Sequence record: NC_019399.1
DNA: 64,000 nt
Reading direction: 5' to 3' (one strand)
DNA from: Escherichia phage vB_EcoM_ACG-C40
Positions within the stretch are counted from its first letter, which is position 1; every line of letters starts with the position of its first letter. This document shows, piece after piece, positions 19,976-30,476 of the stretch. The notes below the pieces were generated by a model. It had not been told where the DNA came from, made no database searches, and worked only from the letters and a program-made list of their open reading frames with translations. A program made the translations under genes and the position numbers.

Positions 19976-21435
19976 AAACCAGTTACCTCATGAAAATCAC
20001 CAAATACATCTTCGAACGTATTAGCTTTAGTTTTATCTTCGCGTAAACGAATCGCAATCGGAAGAAATAATTTAACGTAATCAGTGCGGCCATCAGATTT
20101 TAACCAACCGTTGCATTCGCACTCTAGAATTTTTCCAATATAATAATTTTGGTTTTCCATAATGCGAGTACGGTCAAGTTCATGCGATTTTACACCGGCT
20201 TTATCTTTTAAGCCTGAACCAGCATTTACTTTAATTTTTCCACACTCTGACTCAAGAATAAATCCGCCTGCTTTAGTAGGGTCTTTACGGTGAGGATAAA
20301 TTCCTACAATTTTTAAATCAACATCAATTACTTCTTTAAATTTATAGAGATTTTTTGAACGGGCATTTTCCCATAACCCATCAACGTTTTTGAGAATAAT
20401 ACCTTCAAGACCTTGGTCAATATACTTTTTGTAAATTACCTTAGCTTCATCTAGGTTATTTACTACCTGGTTTTCAATTAAAATTACTTTATCACAGCCT
20501 GATGTCATTTGTTCTAGTTTAGAAAAACGTACATCATACTTTAAACGAAATGCAGGAAGACCATATATTTCTACTAATGGAACATAATCCCAGACCTGAA
20601 ACTTCATGCATTGAGCTTCTTTTTCTGAAATAGTTCCCTTTAAAGATTTATTAGCGATTCCATTAGAAGCAGTACGTGATTCAGCTACTTCGGCGAATTC
20701 TTTAGCTTTACTAATTTCAGGATAAGCATCAAAAAGAAAATCTAGGCCTTCTGGCTCCTTTTTAACTTGCTCATGGTATACCAATTCGCCATCAATTAAC
20801 ACGCCTTCTGGATGAATCTGGCGGGCTTCAGCGGTCATTTTGATTAATTCTTCCTTAAGAAGATCTAATCCTAGATATTCATTACCGGCTCGTGATAAAA
20901 GACGAACATCATCTAATTCATCACCTCTGACTTCGGCAAAGCACCGAGCCCCATCAGCTTTTAACTGGGCAAAGGCTGGAAATTTGATATTCTTATTAAT
21001 GCCTTTTTCATCATAAGAACTTGCAAGCATTTGAGGTTGTTCAGGAATTAAACCTGGCCAAACTTTGTTTGCAATAGATACTGAAGCACCACATTCAAGG
21101 TCTCGCATCATCACTCGACGCAAAACTTCAACATCATCTTTTTTACCGTCAGTAATATATCCAGTTAATTCCTCAATTGCTGCATTTCCAGTCAATTTCC
21201 GAGTAGCTAATGTGAATTCAATGAAGTCAAGCATATCGGTAAGAGTCAACATTCCAAAACTCTGGGTAGCAATACCAGGTTTAGGCCATTTCTTGATATA
21301 ATACTGCAGCCCACGAGAATAAGTCAGACGATATACTCGTTTAAGCAATTCATTATCTTTATTCTTTTCAAGAATTGCTTGCTTCTGCTTAGTTGAACCA
21401 ATAGATGCTATTTCGTTCAGAATTTTAAGAATCAT
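19972..21435 (-). CDS. 30: ATP-dependent DNA ligase gp30
   Basis: 487-aa ORF with ligase nucleotidyltransferase motif KADGAR. Confidence 0.9.
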   Translation of the reverse strand: MILKILNEIASIGSTKQKQAILEKNKDNELLKRVYRLTYSRGLQYYIKKWPKPGIATQSFGMLTLTDMLDFIEFTLATRKLTGNAAIEELTGYITDGKKDDVEVLRRVMMRDLECGASVSIANKVWPGLIPEQPQMLASSYDEKGINKNIKFPAFAQLKADGARCFAEVRGDELDDVRLLSRAGNEYLGLDLLKEELIKMTAEARQIHPEGVLIDGELVYHEQVKKEPEGLDFLFDAYPEISKAKEFAEVAESRTASNGIANKSLKGTISEKEAQCMKFQVWDYVPLVEIYGLPAFRLKYDVRFSKLEQMTSGCDKVILIENQVVNNLDEAKVIYKKYIDQGLEGIILKNVDGLWENARSKNLYKFKEVIDVDLKIVGIYPHRKDPTKAGGFILESECGKIKVNAGSGLKDKAGVKSHELDRTRIMENQNYYIGKILECECNGWLKSDGRTDYVKLFLPIAIRLREDKTKANTFEDVFGDFHEVTGL

Positions 21436-21701
21436 TGTTCATCCTTTAGAGTTTGGTTTACAGCTCTATTATAAATCAATTCATCATTAAGCTCAGTCAA
21501 AGACTTATGATATGTGGTTCTAACTTTATTTCCTTGCATCCAGTGCTTGACGTAAATGAAACCTTGCTCTACGCATTTTTTAAAAATTCGTTCGTCTTTT
21601 TGAGCTCGGAATTCTGGATTGCATCTAAAAAATTGATTTACGTGACCGTAATCACGTGTAGTATTACCTTCATTTTCATAAATAGTGTGAACAACAAACA
21701 T
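21432..21701 (-). CDS. hypothetical protein (89 aa)
   Basis: ORF track. Confidence 0.55.
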   Translation of the reverse strand: MFVVHTIYENEGNTTRDYGHVNQFFRCNPEFRAQKDERIFKKCVEQGFIYVKHWMQGNKVRTTYHKSLTELNDELIYNRAVNQTLKDEQ

Positions 21702-22537
21702 TAGAATGCTCCTTGGAAAATATTATCACCACAAGTAGGTCTATTATACAAATACTCTATGCCACCGGGTTTAATATAGTTCCATGTCTGAAACGGATGC
21801 GTCTGATATGGATGATATGGATTATAAGGATTAAATCCAGGAGTTCTCCAGGTAGTGTTCCAAGGAAAAGAATCGTTTTTAATCATCTTTTCAATTACAT
21901 CTTTTATAGCTTTTTCACTATCAAAACTTTCTTTATTTTCCTTCGGTGAAAAAAGCTTATTTTCTACATCATTCCATGTATAAACTCGCTGAGCAGTTTT
22001 TGGAATATTGTCACGCTCTCCTCGAGCCATCCAATAAACAGGAACATTTAATATTTCACTCGCATGATCGCAGTGGTGAGCGAGATCGTCAATATAACAA
22101 ATTACGTTATATTTCTCTTTTGCCTTTTTGAACAGCTCTTCTTTTGAAGAATCATGACCACACATCAGTACTTCTGAGAAGGCACCAGGAAAAAGAGCAT
22201 TCAAATTAAATTGACGATTCAGCAGAGCGTCAATAGAATCACCCAGCGCTGTAACAGCTACAAAATTATAATCTTCTTTTAATTTGTTAATTACACACAG
22301 AGCATCTTTATATGGAGACAAGTAACGAATAAAATCTGAACGATTGTATTTTTCAATTAACTTGACACCAAGTTCTTCATCACAATTAAAAAGTTTACCA
22401 GGAGAAATAAATTTTTCATCTTGGATCATTTTTAAAATATGTTCCAACGGAAGATTATATTTCTGAGCAAAATAAGGAAGGCCTGATTGCCAGCTTAAAC
22501 ATACTCCATCAATATCAGTTAAAATAGTAGGCTTCAT
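21701..22537 (-). CDS. HAD-superfamily phosphatase-like protein (278 aa)
   Basis: N-terminal DIDGV motif (HAD DxDx[T/V]); C-terminal NPYNPYHPY repeat. Confidence 0.6.
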   Translation of the reverse strand: MKPTILTDIDGVCLSWQSGLPYFAQKYNLPLEHILKMIQDEKFISPGKLFNCDEELGVKLIEKYNRSDFIRYLSPYKDALCVINKLKEDYNFVAVTALGDSIDALLNRQFNLNALFPGAFSEVLMCGHDSSKEELFKKAKEKYNVICYIDDLAHHCDHASEILNVPVYWMARGERDNIPKTAQRVYTWNDVENKLFSPKENKESFDSEKAIKDVIEKMIKNDSFPWNTTWRTPGFNPYNPYHPYQTHPFQTWNYIKPGGIEYLYNRPTCGDNIFQGAF

Positions 22538-22998
22538 AGAGAGTCTCTTAATAGGTTTAACACATCAATAAATTCAGCTTCGGTTAGTATTGTATCATCT
22601 TTTGTTAGACCACTAGCCATGCTGTGCTTCAAAACTTTTCCTTTCGAGGCTTGTAATGCATCGCGAAAGCCCTTGTTTTGAATCGCTGCTTCAAAATATG
22701 CATTTGTGTATAATTCTTTCCACGCCGGGGAGTATCTTGAAAACGGAACTCCAAGCCAGAAGAGGGTCCCACGGTCCTGAGCTCTAGCATAAGACCTTCC
22801 AGCTTGTTGAGCGGCAAGCCCGGATAACCCAAATATACGTTTTTGTTGTTCAACGTTTTTCACCTTGCATCCTTGGAGGAATCCTTCAAGACCTCCAAAT
22901 TGAATACCATCCATAACGAAAGGCCATTGGGCGAAATTACTTAATGCACATGATGGCCACCTAAAATTGCTTCTAATCTCTAACTCAGACATTTTCAA
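22534..22998 (-). CDS. hypothetical protein (154 aa)
   Basis: ORF track. Confidence 0.55.
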   Translation of the reverse strand: MKMSELEIRSNFRWPSCALSNFAQWPFVMDGIQFGGLEGFLQGCKVKNVEQQKRIFGLSGLAAQQAGRSYARAQDRGTLFWLGVPFSRYSPAWKELYTNAYFEAAIQNKGFRDALQASKGKVLKHSMASGLTKDDTILTEAEFIDVLNLLRDSL

Positions 22999-23191
22999 TG
23001 CTTATAATTTCAACATCAGCCCAATGACCATAGCAAGGAAGACGAAATTCAACTGGCCAGTTAGGGTCCTTTTCTAATATAATAGACTTAACTTGTGGTT
23101 CTTCATGTTCATCAGTATATGGATTTTTATCTGTTACTTTATATGTGACCTTAATGTACTGAATTCCAAAAATCTTATTAATTATATTCAT
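22985..23191 (-). CDS. hypothetical protein (68 aa)
   Basis: ORF track. Confidence 0.5.
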   Translation of the reverse strand: MNIINKIFGIQYIKVTYKVTDKNPYTDEHEEPQVKSIILEKDPNWPVEFRLPCYGHWADVEIISIENV

Positions 23192-23385
23192 ACTAGTTCC
23201 TTTAATCCGTAAATAGGAGATAATTCATCACCCATACGAAGGTCTTCATTTCCATCTACCCAGGAAACAATATAAGCCTCTTTTATTTGAACACCACTCC
23301 ATTTAAATGGAGGTAGAACCTTAGAAATTAATCCAGGTATACCAATTCCCTTTAATTCAACAGTTTGACCTAAAAAGAATTTCAT
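23188..23385 (-). CDS. hypothetical protein (65 aa)
   Basis: ORF track. Confidence 0.5.
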   Translation of the reverse strand: MKFFLGQTVELKGIGIPGLISKVLPPFKWSGVQIKEAYIVSWVDGNEDLRMGDELSPIYGLKELV

Positions 23386-23672
23386 TAGAACCTCATCTGA
23401 AAACCGTGCGATTTAACATTACCGCCGCCAATATCAGAGATATTAATTTCGCGCGCAATTGTAGGGTCAATGTCAATTTCACGATTGAGTTTAGTGATAG
23501 CTAAAGTATCGCGCCCATTTACAGTACGAAACTCTAAAGGACAAACCACATCAACGTAGTTTTTAATCGATTCACTGGTAGGCTGCAAATGAGCAGGAAG
23601 GTCTTTAGGCGCCTTTGAGAAAACCACTTCACAGAAATTTTTGCGGGTATCAAAATAAGTAGTCATAAACAT
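23385..23672 (-). CDS. hypothetical protein (95 aa)
   Basis: ORF track; SD GAGGAAAA upstream. Confidence 0.55.
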   Translation of the reverse strand: MFMTTYFDTRKNFCEVVFSKAPKDLPAHLQPTSESIKNYVDVVCPLEFRTVNGRDTLAITKLNREIDIDPTIAREINISDIGGGNVKSHGFQMRF

Positions 23673-23713
23673 AGTATTTTCCTCAGTAAGGGGCCGAAGC
23701 CCCTCATTTTATT

Positions 23714-24079
23714 TTAAATATCAAATTCGTTAAGAACTACATCAAAGATTGCTTCAAGATGCTCAGGTTTAGCTCTGTTACTCAGAATATGACGAATCCA
23801 AGTTTTAACCAGAAGCTTGCGATTAACGCCATTCCAGCAAGGATGAGTCCCTAAATCGCGTTGACGAAAATCATCATCCAAAGCAATTTTGAAGTTGGAA
23901 CCTTCCATTGTGATTGAAACCGTGATGCCATTTTCAAATCGCATATAAACGTAGTTAGGAGTCATATACTGTTCAATTTCGCATACTGATCCATTTTGAT
24001 GTTTCCAAAGGCAAATAGTATCAATAGAACCTGCAATACCATTAGAAACATATTTACGTTCAAAGTTGATGTAGTTCAT
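23714..24079 (-). CDS. hypothetical protein (121 aa)
   Basis: ORF track. Confidence 0.55.
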   Translation of the reverse strand: MNYINFERKYVSNGIAGSIDTICLWKHQNGSVCEIEQYMTPNYVYMRFENGITVSITMEGSNFKIALDDDFRQRDLGTHPCWNGVNRKLLVKTWIRHILSNRAKPEHLEAIFDVVLNEFDI

Positions 24080-24147
24080 TTTTATTCTCCGAGATGTTTA
24101 ATTGCGGTACAGGTATATAATATCATATCCTGTACCAAAGTAAACAA

Positions 24148-24480
24148 TTATTTTACTACTTTCCAGTGCTGCATGTCAAGTTTACCAACTTTTTTCATCT
24201 TCTCAATTAAGCGTTCGGCGCGTTGGCGAGCTGTAACATAATACCATTCACCTAATTCATTTTGTTCAATTTTTCCAACGATTACTGTGTTCAATTCATA
24301 AATCCAACCAGTAAAGAAATTATGAACTTGAATTGTAAAGGTGAAATCTGTTCCCATGCCTTCTGTTGTTTCTACTTCAATAATATCACCTTCAACTGCC
24401 ATTAAGAACCACATAGTTTCATCATATTTACCGTTGAAGCATTTAGTTTTAACTGCAGCGTTCAGATTAATCGTTTTCAT
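24148..24480 (-). CDS. hypothetical protein (110 aa)
   Basis: ORF track. Confidence 0.55.
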   Translation of the reverse strand: MKTINLNAAVKTKCFNGKYDETMWFLMAVEGDIIEVETTEGMGTDFTFTIQVHNFFTGWIYELNTVIVGKIEQNELGEWYYVTARQRAERLIEKMKKVGKLDMQHWKVVK

Positions 24481-24504
24481 TTTATTCTCCTTTGTTTGTG
24501 TAAG

Positions 24505-24540
24505 ATAATACTATCACAAAGGAACCATACTGTAAACAAC
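24505..24540 (-). promoter_or_regulatory. T4 early-type promoter (GTTTAC -35, TAGTAT -10)
   Basis: - strand GTTTACA-18nt-TAGTAT upstream of gene starting 24480. Confidence 0.5.
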
Positions 24541-24552
24541 TTTGTGCAATCT

Positions 24553-24590
24553 TTGGAAAATAAAAAAGGACTCCCGAAGGAGTCCTCAAC
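24553..24590 (-). terminator. rho-independent terminator downstream of small basic-protein gene
   Basis: - strand gaggactcc-ttcg-ggagtcc followed by TTTTTTATTTT. Confidence 0.65.
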
Positions 24591-24767
24591 TTATGCTTTC
24601 TGCTTACCAAAACGAGAAGCATCATCTCGAAGAACCGCACGTGCTCGGCGCATGATCTTCTCAACAGTTTGATTGATACGAGAGTTCGACCCACGCTTGT
24701 AGCCAGCGCGTTTAGAATCACCAACTTTCTTTTCAACTGCTTTCTTTGCTTTAGCTTGTTTTGCCAT
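24591..24767 (-). CDS. small highly basic protein (58 aa from MAKQAKAKK...)
   Basis: ORF track 24591..24809, start re-assigned to the Met preceded by an SD; Lys/Arg-rich; visibly GC-richer codons than neighbours. Confidence 0.55.
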   Translation of the reverse strand: MAKQAKAKKAVEKKVGDSKRAGYKRGSNSRINQTVEKIMRRARAVLRDDASRFGKQKA

Positions 24768-25164
24768 TATAAATTCTCTTTTAAATGAAAATGCAGGACT
24801 TATTGGCATTGCCTGCGAAAGCCCTCAAGGGGGTACTTAGGTTTTGAGTATTTACCGACAGGATAACCATAAACCCGTCATCATACCTTATAGCTCTTAT
24901 CTGTTGCACACCGTTAGCTTAAAGGTTCCGGGTTCGATTTCTCGAGGATAAGATATATACTGATGGATATATAGGCCTTGAGGCGTACTCCCGATTGGCC
25001 ATCACCTCGGGGTAGCATGCACTTGCCGCTATAAGAATAACATTCAAGAGGTACACCGTAAAACTGCCGGGGTCTTAAAACTATAATGATTCGCAAATCA
25101 TTAATCAGACAGTTCGACGGCTCCTCGATTTTAGCTCACACTAAGGCAGTGAATCTCCAATAAA
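24768..25164. other. GC-rich, ORF-free structured island (candidate structured RNA or regulatory region)
   Basis: about 350 bp without a credible ORF on either strand in a tightly packed genome; long-range complementary pair CCTCAAGG (24823..24830) / CCTTGAGG (24976..24983) and several local GC stems. Confidence 0.4.
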
Positions 25165-25413
25165 TTACTTCAGTGTTACCACAAAGTGACGAACTGCTTT
25201 TCGTGCAGCAGAAGCCAGAGGCTTAGCATATTTAAGTTCATCTTTTTCCTGAAGCTCAGCAGCTAATGCAGTTTGAGCAGGATTCAGATGTTTGAAATAA
25301 CGCAGGATTTCAAGAGCTTCGGCTTCAACATCAATAGATGCGCCATAGTTTTCGTGACCATTATTCCATGCGTTTCGTTGCAGTTCAAGAGCGTGTTGTA
25401 ATTGTTTAATCAT
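25165..25413 (-). CDS. rIII: lysis-inhibition accessory protein rIII
   Basis: 82-aa ORF MIKQLQHALELQRNAWNNGHENYG..., recognised. Confidence 0.85.
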   Translation of the reverse strand: MIKQLQHALELQRNAWNNGHENYGASIDVEAEALEILRYFKHLNPAQTALAAELQEKDELKYAKPLASAARKAVRHFVVTLK

Positions 25414-25560
25414 TTAAAAATTCTCGTTAGAGATTAAAACTCGGTAGTCACGTTCTTCTGAATTTCATCTTCTTTCGACAGATCTCTCAGTTGTAGACTA
25501 CCACATAGAATTGTTCGGTTAACTTATTATTCCGACACCCAATTCATATTATTATTTATA

Positions 25561-25896
25561 TCACTTATAAAGACACGGAATAGCTTTATAGTGACAGGTA
25601 ACGAATTTTTGTTTAATTTCTTTTGGCTGCTTAAGACCCAGAGCTACAAAAGGATGCGGAACATTTCGAATTTGACCAACTGGAAGAGAAGTCAAATCGC
25701 CAACTTCGCAGAAACCTTCAGGAACATCAGGACCGACAGAGTGAACTACACACAGTTCAGGAACTTCACCTTGAACACGTTTACCGATAATAAGTCCTGA
25801 TTCTGTAACTTCTTCATCACCGGCTTGTGCAGGTTCAGAAACTAAAATAACATATTCACCGACAGCACGAATTGGTAGCTGTTGTACTTCAGACAT
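25561..25896 (-). CDS. 31: co-chaperonin gp31 (GroES-like)
   Basis: 111-aa [25 protein letters not shown]..., recognised. Confidence 0.9.
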
Positions 25897-25952
25897 CGTT
25901 TTTCCTTTTTGTTAGCAGATGAATTAATAATAACAAATAATTCTTAAAGCAT

Positions 25953-26261
25953 TTATTTACCAATAAATTGAAGCAAATGCTCAACTTTCATACCATTAAC
26001 AGAAATCAATTTGTCAATAGAAAAACCTCGCCATGCACCAAGCTCAACATCAAATACTGGAATCATATCAGTAGATTCTTTCCGAGCAGATTCAGTCAAT
26101 TTACCAGTTTGCATGGTTGGCATAAAGTCTGCATCACGAGTACCTTTCATAACACGAATAGTACCGTCAGACTTTTCAAAAACTACGTTTGAAACACCCA
26201 TGGACAATTTAGTTTTCAAAATTTCACGAATTGCTACTTTTTGTTCAGTCGTCAGTTTCAT
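25953..26261 (-). CDS. hypothetical protein (102 aa)
   Basis: ORF track. Confidence 0.55.
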   Translation of the reverse strand: MKLTTEQKVAIREILKTKLSMGVSNVVFEKSDGTIRVMKGTRDADFMPTMQTGKLTESARKESTDMIPVFDVELGAWRGFSIDKLISVNGMKVEHLLQFIGK

Positions 26262-26498
26262 TTATTTACCTATTACAGTTTTAATATGAGTTGTTCCACG
26301 TTCTTTAAGAGTGGAAAGTAATTTTTGGCATTTTTCTAAATCAGATTTCCAACTATGTGGTCTATCAATACAAACCCATTCTGACTTATAATACTGTTTC
26401 CATTTAGAGAAAAAATACTTCTTATACTCTACAGCAAATGAAATGTTCTCGTTAGAATAAGAACTAATTGCTGTGAGCTGTACCAAACGAAATTTCAT
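26262..26498 (-). CDS. hypothetical protein (78 aa)
   Basis: ORF track. Confidence 0.5.
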   Translation of the reverse strand: MKFRLVQLTAISSYSNENISFAVEYKKYFFSKWKQYYKSEWVCIDRPHSWKSDLEKCQKLLSTLKERGTTHIKTVIGK

Positions 26499-27079
26499 TA
26501 TTCACCACAGAATTCGTTGATATTTTCCCAGTTTAACTTATTCAAGTTTTTCTTAGGAACATTAAACACTTCAATACCTGCATTTCGCAGAATATCATCC
26601 CAGCCAGGTTTATTCTTATCGTATGTTTCGCAATAAACCAGCTTTTTAATTCCAGATTGAGCTATCGCTTTTGCACAATCCGGACAAGGAGAAAGTGTTA
26701 CATACATAGTAGCACCTTCAATTGAAGAACCGTTTCGTGCAGCAAACAAAATAGCATTTAGTTCAGCATGAATTTCATTTTTAGACGACCATTCAGAGTG
26801 CGCGCTACGATGTTCTTTCGCCAATACAAAACGATCAGTTGAACCAAATGATACACATTCAGGCTTATGACCTTGAATGATAGTATGTTTAGGTTTATTC
26901 AGCAACCAACCTTGCTCAGCAGCATAATCACAACAGTTCACACCCCCTGCAGGTGAACCATTATACCCAGTAGAAATAATACGTCCATTCTTTTCAATTA
27001 CTGCTCCTACCTTCCAGGAGCAACATTTTGATTCTTGTGATACTAAATATGCAATTTGAAGTACTGTACTCGCTTTCAT
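26498..27079 (-). CDS. cd: dCMP deaminase
   Basis: 193-aa ORF with cytidine/deoxycytidylate deaminase zinc motifs HAELNAI ... PCPDCAKAI. Confidence 0.9.
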   Translation of the reverse strand: MKASTVLQIAYLVSQESKCCSWKVGAVIEKNGRIISTGYNGSPAGGVNCCDYAAEQGWLLNKPKHTIIQGHKPECVSFGSTDRFVLAKEHRSAHSEWSSKNEIHAELNAILFAARNGSSIEGATMYVTLSPCPDCAKAIAQSGIKKLVYCETYDKNKPGWDDILRNAGIEVFNVPKKNLNKLNWENINEFCGE

Positions 27080-27414
27080 TTCATAATCACCAGATAAGCA
27101 GATTTAGCAGTTTCAACACGATAAATTTCGTGACGAAGTTTAGTTATACTTTTAATAACAGAACTAATTATATTCTGCCCATCTTTAAAGCGGTTTTTCT
27201 TATCAATAAAAATTGCGCCAACCATCTTTTTGTGAAGCTCAACTGGATACTTCGTCACAATAATAGCATCATACACAGAAGGATGAATACTATTCACTAG
27301 AGTGTCATTCATTAAAGTTATTCTAATGAACTGTGCTGTTTCAGAGTCAAGCGCTCTATGATCGCCAGTATCATTTTCAAGACAATTATCAATTATATCA
27401 GTTAAATTCATCAT
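27076..27414 (-). CDS. hypothetical protein (112 aa)
   Basis: ORF track. Confidence 0.55.
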   Translation of the reverse strand: MMNLTDIIDNCLENDTGDHRALDSETAQFIRITLMNDTLVNSIHPSVYDAIIVTKYPVELHKKMVGAIFIDKKNRFKDGQNIISSVIKSITKLRHEIYRVETAKSAYLVIMK

Positions 27415-27647
27415 AGTACGCCATACACCCTTTGTGCTTCAACTAATCCATCAAAATCCAATTTGAGATGTGTTATTTGGTCACCATCACCTGGATTCAC
27501 AATTACTAATACTGAACGAGGAGTTTCGGTAATAACGCGAACCGATGTTTCCGGAAATCGTTCAGAAACCTTATTTACCAATTCCTGGGCAAATAGTTTA
27601 ACTTTTTCTTGGAATTCTTTAACAGTAATTGGTTTTTCACTTAGCAT
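27411..27647 (-). CDS. hypothetical protein (78 aa)
   Basis: ORF track. Confidence 0.55.
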   Translation of the reverse strand: MLSEKPITVKEFQEKVKLFAQELVNKVSERFPETSVRVITETPRSVLVIVNPGDGDQITHLKLDFDGLVEAQRVYGVL

Positions 27648-27669
27648 TTTGTTTTCCTCATTCGTTTTG

Positions 27670-27710
27670 GTAGAGCTATAATATCACAACTCTACCATAA
27701 AGTAAACTGT
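27670..27710 (-). promoter_or_regulatory. T4 early-type promoter (GTTTAC -35, TATTAT -10)
   Basis: - strand GTTTAC-18nt-TATTAT upstream of gene starting 27647. Confidence 0.5.
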
Positions 27711-27985
27711 TAAATTGCTTTGAATTCTGATGTCTGTGATTCAAAACGAATATCACCTTTGATGACTAGCTCAGCATCAAGACCGAATACGACAATGATA
27801 TGCGCGGAACCTGGATACAACGTAATGGCAATAGAATCCACCTGGTCTGGAAGCAAAGTATTCAATACATGAGTCACTTGAGCATGAATTCGAAGCTCGG
27901 CTGCGTTATCAAGCTTTTCAAACATATTATTAGCAATAATTTGGCTAAACACTACTTCTACGATTTTAGAATAAGTCGGAAACAT
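27710..27985 (-). CDS. hypothetical protein (91 aa)
   Basis: ORF track. Confidence 0.5.
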   Translation of the reverse strand: MFPTYSKIVEVVFSQIIANNMFEKLDNAAELRIHAQVTHVLNTLLPDQVDSIAITLYPGSAHIIVVFGLDAELVIKGDIRFESQTSEFKAI

Positions 27986-27987
27986 AT

Positions 27988-28180
27988 TTACCTCACATAA
28001 TTTTCTTCAAGCCAATCAATAACATCCAACGCATTATCAAAAGTTGAACCATCTACTTTGTCTTCTGTTTCATAATCAAGAACATCTAAGCCTACTCTTC
28101 CATCAACAATAGGCCATAAACAAAATAGATATTTCTTTTCTTTTTCAATTTTATCACAAAGACGATAAATCTTTTCTAGG

Positions 28181-28188
<8 letters not shown>
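27988..28188 (-). CDS. hypothetical protein (66 aa)
   Basis: ORF track. Confidence 0.5.
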
Positions 28189-29599
<1,411 letters not shown>

Positions 29600-29603
<4 letters not shown>

Positions 29604-29830
29604 TTATTTTTCTCAACCAATGATTGAATATAATCATGCAGGTCTTTAGATGCTTTACCCCACTTATTTTGATATTCATTTTTAAGATTAGCACGTGATT
29701 GAGCTAATAAAACATCATTAGTTGGAGGTAAAGATTCTAATCGCTGAATCTGGCGTCCATAAATCATTGCAGCCATCTCGGATTCATAAATCAATCCTTT
29801 GAGATGTTCAAATTGATGCCATGAAATCAT
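29600..29830 (-). CDS. hypothetical protein (76 aa)
   Basis: ORF track. Confidence 0.5.
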
Positions 29831-30126
29831 TTACATTTATCCTCTTTTAACTCTTGACGATAATAACATATCATAGTTTTCTGATCATGTACATATCGTT
29901 TTACATCATTAAGCCAAATACGAAATTCCTGGGAATCTTCGAATGGCATACCGACCCAAGCTTTACCATCAATAACTTTAACTTGCCAAGATAATTTAGC
30001 TTCGTCATATGACTTTATTTGTACAGGCCAATTAGGATGAACTGTTTCTTTCTTTACTTCTAGAGGCTTTGTCGAACAACCAACTAGAAGACCAATAGAT
30101 AATATTACTGCTGATAGTTTAATCAT
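29827..30126 (-). CDS. pseT.2: outer-membrane spanin (o-spanin) lipoprotein
   Basis: signal peptide with lipobox LLVGC; pairs with upstream i-spanin-like gene; T4 spanins are pseT.3/pseT.2. Confidence 0.6.
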   Translation of the reverse strand: MIKLSAVILSIGLLVGCSTKPLEVKKETVHPNWPVQIKSYDEAKLSWQVKVIDGKAWVGMPFEDSQEFRIWLNDVKRYVHDQKTMICYYRQELKEDKCK

Positions 30127-30476
30127 TTAGAAAGGTCCTGGATGTCTTCTGCGAACTTGTTGAAGGAGTTGTTGATTTGTTTTTCAACCAATCCTGGCTT
30201 ATGAGCCACCACATCCGCCTTCTTTGCGTCTTTGCGCAGTTTTTCATTTTCACGCTCAATAGCAGCAATTGCCTCACGATTTTTATTATTCATCGCATCA
30301 ATATAATTATACTGAATTCGCAAATTATTTAATGCTAAGGCGTTTTCATTGGCCGTTTTTGTAATTTCAGTAACTGATGTTTCTAATCTTTCTACCTTAT
30401 TTTTTAAAATAATAGATGTTCCGCCAAATGCTATTACAAGTAATAGCAATCCAGCTGTAAAATTACTTACATGCAT
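30123..30476 (-). CDS. pseT.3: inner-membrane spanin (i-spanin)
   Basis: N-terminal transmembrane segment followed by coiled-coil-rich periplasmic domain; overlaps o-spanin start. Confidence 0.6.
   Translation of the reverse strand: MHVSNFTAGLLLLVIAFGGTSIILKNKVERLETSVTEITKTANENALALNNLRIQYNYIDAMNNKNREAIAAIERENEKLRKDAKKADVVAHKPGLVEKQINNSFNKFAEDIQDLSK

Noticed and set aside
24928-24946. tRNA-like T-loop motif GGGTTCGATTTC in the GC-rich island
   Set aside because: Flanking sequence does not form a T-stem or an acceptor/anticodon cloverleaf on either strand; a second TTCGA match at about 25112 also lacks stems. No tRNA is called.
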